Of a DNA stretch of 64,000 bases, positions 57,747 to 64,000 are shown piece after piece. Positions within the stretch are counted from its first letter, which is position 1. The number at the start of each line of letters is the position of its first letter. The notes beneath the pieces were generated by a model that was not told the origin of the DNA, searched no databases, and saw only the letters and a list, made by a program, of their open reading frames with translations. Source of the stretch: Alphaproteobacteria bacterium. GTDB taxonomy: Bacteria; Pseudomonadota; Alphaproteobacteria; UBA6615. A program made the position numbers and the translations under genes. The stretch is taken from contig JAYOFE010000003.1 in NCBI GenBank assembly GCA_038117045.1, forward strand, positions 1,450-65,449, given 5' to 3'.

Positions 57747-58144
57747 GCCTGCCTCCCGTCGCCACAGCGAACCACAAGCGGCTGGCCGTGCCACGTGCGC
57801 CCGCACTGCATTCTGCAATCGCCGCTCTGAACGGCTTTAACGTCACCAGGTTCGACATAATCCCGATCATTCTGCACATGCAGCGCGAAACTTTAAATTC
57901 CGCTCACGAACTCTTGAGTGCGCATGTTCGGATCGCGGTCACGCGATACCTGGATTCTGCACAAATCTGCGGCAATGGCGCGCTCGCCAACCAACATGTC
58001 CCGATCGATCCAAAAATATTTGGCACCTGCACAACGGATCATGTTGACAAGCCTGCCAACCGATAAGAAATCTCCCGATCAGTTTCCGAACCTCCTGCCG
58101 CGATGGCGCGGCATGGATAGCGGCTTACTCAGGGGCACATCGCA

Positions 58145-59245
58145 ATGCGCAGCCTTCTCAAGTCCCTCCTCGTCTTCTCGCTTGCAGCAACCGCCGGACA
58201 GGCGATGGCGGAAGAGGAAAAAGTCCTCAACGTTTACAACTGGTCCGACTACATCGCGGAAGACACGCTCGCCCGCTTTACGGCCGAGACCGGCATCCAG
58301 GTGAACTACGACGTCTATGATTCCAACGAGGTCCTCGAGGCCAAGCTGATGGCCGGATCCTCAGGCTACGATGTCGTGTTCCCGTCGATTTCGCCGTTCG
58401 TGGCACGCCAGGTGAAGTCCGGCATCTACCGGGAACTCGACCGCAGCCTCCTGCCCAACTGGCAGAACATTACGCCCTCGGTCCTCAAGTCCCTCGCCGA
58501 AGGCGGTGACCCGGGCAACAAGCACGCTGTTCCCTACATGATCGCCGGCACCGGCATCGGCTACAACATCGCCAAGGTGGCTGCTGCCGCGCCGGGCGCC
58601 CCGACAGACAGCTGGGCAATGGTCTTCGATCCGGCATGGGCGGAGAAGCTCTCTGCTTGCGGCATCTCCCTGCTCGACGACCCGAATGAGGTGTTTGCCG
58701 GTGCCTACGCCTATCTCGGCATAAATCCGTCGACCGAGAAGACCGAGGACCTGGAGCGCGCTGCCGCGCTGATCGAGAAGATCCGCCCATTCGTGCGCTA
58801 CTTTCACTCGTCGTCCTATATCAACGACCTGGCCAACGGCGAGATTTGTGTTGCGCATGGCTATGGCGGCGACCTGATCCAGGCCCGCGACCGTGCCACC
58901 GAGGCCAAACGCGGCAACGACATCACTGTTTTCCTGCCGCGCGAAGGCGCCCAGGCGGTGATCGACGTGATGGCGATCCCGGCGGATGCGAAGCATCCCG
59001 AGAACGCGCATGCCTTCATCAACTTCATGATGCGCCCCGATGTCGTGGGGCCGATCACCAACGCGGTCGGCTATGCCAATGCGGTGACCGGCGCGGAAGC
59101 GTTTGTGGAGCAGGCGCGGCTTGACGATCCTGTCGTCTACCCGAACGCCGAGACCCGTGACCGCCTCTTCGTGGTGCCGCTGAAGTCGCCGTCCTTTGAA
59201 CGCCAGCGCACCCGCATCTGGACGCGGATCAAGACAGGTCAATGA
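58145..59245 (+). CDS. potF: Putrescine/polyamine ABC transporter substrate-binding protein
   Basis: LNVYNWSDYI, YDSNEVLEAKL, YFHSSSYINDLANGEIC, RIWTRIKTGQ. Confidence 0.92.
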   Translation: MRSLLKSLLVFSLAATAGQAMAEEEKVLNVYNWSDYIAEDTLARFTAETGIQVNYDVYDSNEVLEAKLMAGSSGYDVVFPSISPFVARQVKSGIYRELDRSLLPNWQNITPSVLKSLAEGGDPGNKHAVPYMIAGTGIGYNIAKVAAAAPGAPTDSWAMVFDPAWAEKLSACGISLLDDPNEVFAGAYAYLGINPSTEKTEDLERAAALIEKIRPFVRYFHSSSYINDLANGEICVAHGYGGDLIQARDRATEAKRGNDITVFLPREGAQAVIDVMAIPADAKHPENAHAFINFMMRPDVVGPITNAVGYANAVTGAEAFVEQARLDDPVVYPNAETRDRLFVVPLKSPSFERQRTRIWTRIKTGQ

Positions 59246-60381
59246 CCTCATCGAATCCGGGTCACGCAGAGCAGGCTTCAGTGTCCGAGGACATTCTGGA
59301 CCTGCAAGGCGTGACCCGGCAGTTCGGCGACGTCACAGCCGTCGACAACGTCGACCTGAAGGTCCGGCGGGGGGAGTTGTTTTCCCTGCTCGGCGGCTCG
59401 GGCTGCGGCAAGTCGACACTGTTGCGCGTGATCGCGGGACTGGAGACGCCCGACAGCGGGCGGCTGCTGATCGACGGGCAGGACATGACCAATGTCCCGC
59501 CCTACGAGCGGCCCGTGAACATGGTGTTCCAGTCCTACGCCCTGTTCCCGCATATGTCGGTCGCACAGAATGTCGCCTACGGCCTGCGCCAGGAAGGCAT
59601 GGCCCGGAGCGAGCGCGACGACCGGGTCCATGAAGTGCTCACGCTGGTCGACATGCAGGACCTGGCAGGGCGCAAGCCGGACCAATTGTCCGGCGGCCAG
59701 CGACAGCGCGTCGCACTGGCACGCGGGCTGGCCAAGCGCCCCCGCATCCTGTTGCTGGACGAGCCGCTCGGCGCCCTGGACCGCAAGTTGCGCGAGCGAA
59801 CCCAGTTCGAACTCGTCAATCTCCAGGAACAGATCGGCACCACTTTCATCCTGGTCACGCACGACCAGGAAGAGGCGATGACCATGTCGGACCGGATCGC
59901 CGTCATGCGCACCGGCCGCATCCAGCAGATCGGCTCGCCGCGGCAGGTCTACGAATACCCGAACTCGCGCTATGTGGCCGATTTCGTCGGCACGGCGAAC
60001 CTTCTCTCCGGAGAGGTGGTGGCAAACACCGACGGGATCGCCCGGATCCGCCTCGCCGACACCGGGACACTCGTGCATGTGTCCGCCACCTCCGCACCTG
60101 TGAAACAGGGCGACAAGGTGACCGCGATGGTGCGCCCGGAAAAGCTGCGCGCGATCACCGACCAGACGCCGGGCTCAGAGGAAACCAATCGCCTGTCCGG
60201 TGTGGTGGAGGACATCGCCTATCTGGGCGACATGTCCATCTATCATGTGCAGGTGTCCGGCGGGCCGCGCATCCAGGTCTCACAGGCCAACCGGCACCAT
60301 ACCGGCGAAGCCCCCGTCACCTGGGGCGACACGATCCACCTCACCTGGCACCCCGATGACGGGGTGGTGCTGACCGCGTGA
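59242..60381 (+). CDS. potG: Putrescine/polyamine ABC transporter ATP-binding protein
   Basis: GGSGCGKST, PPYERPVNMVFQSYALFPH, LSGGQRQR. Confidence 0.92.
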   Translation: MTSSNPGHAEQASVSEDILDLQGVTRQFGDVTAVDNVDLKVRRGELFSLLGGSGCGKSTLLRVIAGLETPDSGRLLIDGQDMTNVPPYERPVNMVFQSYALFPHMSVAQNVAYGLRQEGMARSERDDRVHEVLTLVDMQDLAGRKPDQLSGGQRQRVALARGLAKRPRILLLDEPLGALDRKLRERTQFELVNLQEQIGTTFILVTHDQEEAMTMSDRIAVMRTGRIQQIGSPRQVYEYPNSRYVADFVGTANLLSGEVVANTDGIARIRLADTGTLVHVSATSAPVKQGDKVTAMVRPEKLRAITDQTPGSEETNRLSGVVEDIAYLGDMSIYHVQVSGGPRIQVSQANRHHTGEAPVTWGDTIHLTWHPDDGVVLTA

Positions 60382-61271
60382 GCCGGTTCAGCCTGTCGAG
60401 AGGTCCGGCGGGCCGTCGGCTGGTGACGGCGATCCCCTTCGCCTGGCTGTCGGTGTTTTTCCTCGCGCCGTTCCTGATCGTGTTCGCGATCTCGCTCAGC
60501 ACGTCGCGCTACGGCGTGCCACCCTATGAGCCGCTTGTTCAGGGCGGCGAAATCCTGGCCCGCCTCGACAACTACGCATTCCTGCTGAGTGATGCGCTCT
60601 ACGTCACAGCGCTCCTCAACTCACTCCTGATCGCCGCAACATCCGCCTTTGTATGCCTGCTGATCGGCTACCCGGTGGCGCTCGCCATCGCGCGCGCACC
60701 GCAACGCTGGCGCGCACCGCTGCTGCTGGCCGTGATCCTGCCGTTCTGGACCTCCTTTCTGATCCGCGTCTACGCCTGGATCGGCCTCCTGAAGAGCGAT
60801 GGCCTGATCAACAATGTGCTGCAGCTAACAGGATTGACGGATGCGCCGATCCAGCTCCTCCAGACCTCCTTCGCGATTCATCTGGGCATCGTCTATTCCT
60901 ACCTTCCCTTCATGATCCTGCCCCTGTTCGCATCGCTCGAACGTCAGGATTCCAGCCTGCTCGAGGCGGCATCGGATCTGGGCGCCCGGCCATGGCGCGC
61001 CTTCCTGTCGATCACCCTGCCGTTGTCCATGCCCGGCGTGATCGCCGGCTTCCTGCTGGTGTTCATTCCGGCAGTCGGCGAGTTCGTGATCCCGGAACTC
61101 CTCGGTAATTCGCGTACCGCCATGATCGGCAAGGTGCTGTGGACCGAGTTCTTCAGCAACCGGGACTGGCCGCTCGCCTCCGCGTTGGCCGTCTCGATGT
61201 TGCTGCTGATTGTCGCGCCCCTGGCCTGGCTTGAACATTTGCGCCAGCGGCGCGGGACGGCGCGTCCATGA
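60378..61271 (+). CDS. potH: Putrescine/polyamine ABC transporter permease
   Basis: PFWTSFLIRVYAW, LLEAASDLGA, NRDWP. Confidence 0.92.
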   Translation: MSRFSLSRGPAGRRLVTAIPFAWLSVFFLAPFLIVFAISLSTSRYGVPPYEPLVQGGEILARLDNYAFLLSDALYVTALLNSLLIAATSAFVCLLIGYPVALAIARAPQRWRAPLLLAVILPFWTSFLIRVYAWIGLLKSDGLINNVLQLTGLTDAPIQLLQTSFAIHLGIVYSYLPFMILPLFASLERQDSSLLEAASDLGARPWRAFLSITLPLSMPGVIAGFLLVFIPAVGEFVIPELLGNSRTAMIGKVLWTEFFSNRDWPLASALAVSMLLLIVAPLAWLEHLRQRRGTARP

Positions 61272-62110
61272 CACGCCTGTCGGCATGGCTCGTGGCCGCG
61301 CTGGCGGCCGGCTACCTGTTCCTCTACGGGCCGATCCTCTCGCTGATCGTCTATTCCTTCAACGAATCCCGGCTGGTCACCGTCTGGGGCGGGTTCTCCG
61401 TAAAATGGTATGGCGAACTTGTCCGCAACGGGCAGCTCCTGGACGCGGCATTCCTGAGCGTGAAGATCGCCGCCGCCGCCGCAACAGGTGCCATGGTTCT
61501 CGGTACGCTTTGCGCCATCGTACTCGTGCGGTTCGGGCGGTTTCGCGGACGGCTTCTGTTCTCCGCCATGACCACCGCGCCCCTTGTCATGCCGGAGGTC
61601 ATCACCGGCCTGTCGCTGCTGCTGCTCTTCGTGCTGCTGCAGCAGGTCACGGACTGGCCCGACGGGCGCAGCGCGCTGACCATCACACTGGCTCACATCA
61701 CGTTTGCCACGGCCTATGTGACGCTGGTCGTCCAGGCGCGATTGTCCCAGATGGACCGCAGCCTTGAAGAAGCGGCTCTCGACCTGGGTGCGCGTCCGCT
61801 CCGCGTCTTCATGTCGATCACGCTGCCCCTGATCGCGCCGTCCCTCATCGCGGGCTGGCTGCTGGCATTCACGCTGTCCCTCGATGACCTCGTGGTGGCA
61901 AGCTTCGTTTCAGGCCCGGGGTCGAGCACCCTGCCCATGGTCGTCTTTTCAAGTGTCCGCCTGGGCCTCACGCCCGAGATCAACGCACTCGCGACCATCC
62001 TGATCGTGACCGTCGCGGTTGTCGCGATCGTGGCCGCAAAGGCCATGGCGCCCCGGAATCGGGAACGGGGATCGCGCCGCCCTCAGGTTCCGTCGGGGCG
62101 CACCGGCTGA
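61268..62110 (+). CDS. potI: Putrescine/polyamine ABC transporter permease
   Basis: YSFNESRLVTVW, PLVMPEVI, LEEAALDLGA, SLDD, TPEINALAT. Confidence 0.92.
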   Translation: MTRLSAWLVAALAAGYLFLYGPILSLIVYSFNESRLVTVWGGFSVKWYGELVRNGQLLDAAFLSVKIAAAAATGAMVLGTLCAIVLVRFGRFRGRLLFSAMTTAPLVMPEVITGLSLLLLFVLLQQVTDWPDGRSALTITLAHITFATAYVTLVVQARLSQMDRSLEEAALDLGARPLRVFMSITLPLIAPSLIAGWLLAFTLSLDDLVVASFVSGPGSSTLPMVVFSSVRLGLTPEINALATILIVTVAVVAIVAAKAMAPRNRERGSRRPQVPSGRTG

Positions 62111-62172
62111 TACATTTCGGCCAACACGGAATTCCGGCGCGTAGGGCCGGTGCGCAGGGGGAGAGTTCGTTC

Positions 62173-64000
62173 ATGGGTGAGTTTTCCATCGGCCAGTCGC
62201 CCACGCGGCTGGAAGACCAGAAGCTGCTGACCGGCAACGGCCGTTTCCTCGACGACATCAACTACGACCGGCAGCTTCACGCGGTGATCCTGCGCTCGCC
62301 GCACGCCCACGCGAAGATCCTGTCCATCGACACCTCAGCTGCCGAGGCCGCACCGGGAGTGCACGCCGTCTTCACCGGCGAGGATTACCGCGCCGACGGC
62401 ATGGGCGTGGTGCCCTGCATGGGCAACTACACCCACCGCAACGGTGGGCCGATGTACATTCCCGACCGGCCCGCGCTGGCCGTCGGCAAGGTCATGCATA
62501 TCGGCTACCCGGTCGCCATGGTGGTCGCCGACACCGAGAACCAGGCGCGCGACGCGTGCGAGCTGATCGAGGTCGATTACGAGGTGCTACCCGCGGTTGT
62601 TTCGTGTTGGGAGGCCTTCCAGGACGGCGCGCCGCAGCTCTATGACGACTGCCCCAACAACGAATCCTACCTCTACACGGCGGGCGACAGGGAGGGCACG
62701 GAGAAGGCGTTCGCGGAGGCCGACCATGTCGTCTCCCACCACATGGTCATCAACCGTGTGACGGCCAACGCCATGGAGAACCGGGGCGTCATCGGCGAAT
62801 ACTCGCCGCGCGACGGGCGCTACACCCTGCGCTGCGGCTTCCAGCGCCCCTGGCTGTTCCGCAAGTCCCTCGCCGACCAGTCCTTCAAGGTGCCGGAATC
62901 AAAGATCCGCCTCGTGACTGACGATATCGGCGGCAGCTACGGCCTGCGCGGGTCGATCTATCCCGAGATGGTGCTGATGCCCTGGGCATCGAAGATGGTG
63001 GGCCGCCCGGTCAAATGGATCGCCGACCGGTCCGAAAGCCACCTGTCCGACGACGACGGGCGCGACAACATCGTCGATGTGGCGCTGGCGTTTGATAACG
63101 ATGGCACGTTCAAGGCGCTGAAGGTGCGAAGCTGGGGCAATCTCGGCGCCTTCCCGTCCTACCGGGGTGCGAGCCCGCCGGTCGTCCATATCGGCACGGC
63201 CATCGGCGTCTATACGACGCCCGTCGCCCATGTCGAGATCTCGGGCATGCTGACCAACACCCACTGCACCTCGCCCTATCGCGGCGCGGGGCGGCCGGAA
63301 GCCTCGTTCATGATCGAGCGGCTGGTGGAAATGGCGGCAGACGAGCTGGGCATGGACCCGGCGGAACTGCGCCGCAGGAACATCATCCCGCCCGAGGCGA
63401 TGCCCTACAAGACGCCGCTGACCTACACCTATGACTGCGGCGAGTTCGAGAAGAACATGGACATGGCCATGGAGATGGCCGACTGGGCGGGCTTTCCGGC
63501 ACGGCGCGCGGAAGCCGAGGCGCGCGGCAAGCTGCGTGGCATCGGCATGTCGAACACGCTGGAATGGGCAGCCGACAACACCACGGAGACGGCAGAGTTC
63601 CGCTTCGACCCGACCGGCGACCTGACCTTCGTCGCGTCCACGATCAGCCACGGCCAGGGCCATGCGACGATCCAGACCCAGATCATCCATGAGCTGCTGG
63701 GTGTCGATCCGGCGCGGGTGAACATCCTGCAGGGCGACACGGACGTGTCCGCCTTCGGCATGGGCACCGGCGGCTCGCGCTCGACCATCATGACCGGCAG
63801 CGCCATGACGATTGCCGCGCGCAAGGTTATCGAGAAGGGCAGGAAGCTCGCCGCGCACCTTCTGGAGGCGTCGGAAGCCGATATCGAGTTCGCGGACGGG
63901 CAGTTCACCGTCGCGGGCACCGACAGGGCGATAGATATCCACGAGATCGGCGCGGCCGCCTTCAACAGCCTGAACCTGCCCGACGACATGGAGCCGGGCC
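62173..64000 (+). CDS. Xanthine dehydrogenase/CoxL-like molybdopterin-binding subunit (runs off window)
   Basis: Hand translation MGEFSIGQSPTRLEDQKLLTGNGRFLDD...RSPHAHA...GGSYG...PYRGAGRPE...HGQGH; not in the ORF track. Confidence 0.92.
   Translation, partial: MGEFSIGQSPTRLEDQKLLTGNGRFLDDINYDRQLHAVILRSPHAHAKILSIDTSAAEAAPGVHAVFTGEDYRADGMGVVPCMGNYTHRNGGPMYIPDRPALAVGKVMHIGYPVAMVVADTENQARDACELIEVDYEVLPAVVSCWEAFQDGAPQLYDDCPNNESYLYTAGDREGTEKAFAEADHVVSHHMVINRVTANAMENRGVIGEYSPRDGRYTLRCGFQRPWLFRKSLADQSFKVPESKIRLVTDDIGGSYGLRGSIYPEMVLMPWASKMVGRPVKWIADRSESHLSDDDGRDNIVDVALAFDNDGTFKALKVRSWGNLGAFPSYRGASPPVVHIGTAIGVYTTPVAHVEISGMLTNTHCTSPYRGAGRPEASFMIERLVEMAADELGMDPAELRRRNIIPPEAMPYKTPLTYTYDCGEFEKNMDMAMEMADWAGFPARRAEAEARGKLRGIGMSNTLEWAADNTTETAEFRFDPTGDLTFVASTISHGQGHATIQTQIIHELLGVDPARVNILQGDTDVSAFGMGTGGSRSTIMTGSAMTIAARKVIEKGRKLAAHLLEASEADIEFADGQFTVAGTDRAIDIHEIGAAAFNSLNLPDDMEPG

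Noticed and set aside
57788-58144. Short ORFs and a possible promoter between the response regulator and potF
   Set aside because: ORFs lack an RBS and host-like codons; TTGACA at 58044 has no convincingly spaced -10
62173-64000. Aerobic CO dehydrogenase (form I CoxL)
   Set aside because: Lacks the AYxCSFR Cu-binding motif; has PYRGAGR

Overview
GC-rich alphaproteobacterial chromosome segment (Rhodospirillales-like in gene content; this placement is inference). 1-18.7 kb is a core backbone: rpoD (partial)-dnaG-yqeY, carAB-greA, an Lrp regulator, an ELM1-family/2OG-Fe(II)/658-aa unknown/corA run, a dihaem cytochrome c, frmA, and trxB-LysR (LsrB/VtlR-like) followed by an unannotated AbcR-like sRNA. 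18.7-38.7 kb holds a lone msrP, glcDEF, type-B L36 (missed by the ORF track), aapJQMP and assorted enzymes. 38.8-51.3 kb is a catabolic-looking cluster (cyclase, SDR, cupin, PanE-like reductase, ABC importer with two ATPases, crotonase, CmcJ-like oxygenase, flavin monooxygenase). 51.5-53.2 kb is a scar: an AT-richer gene cut by an IS3 end, with the IS fused to a truncated RidA. The window ends with a radical SAM gene divergent from a katG that has an in-frame TAG, potFGHI and a partial molybdenum hydroxylase. Best leads: the sRNA whose CATG-N9-CATG LysR box recurs upstream of aapJ, the ELM1-2OG-4-repeat-His protein operon, the orphan catabolic cluster, and the katG amber codon with its 37-bp ICE-like palindrome. 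No CRISPR, rRNA or tRNA was recognised. All family calls are from motif recognition, not database searches.
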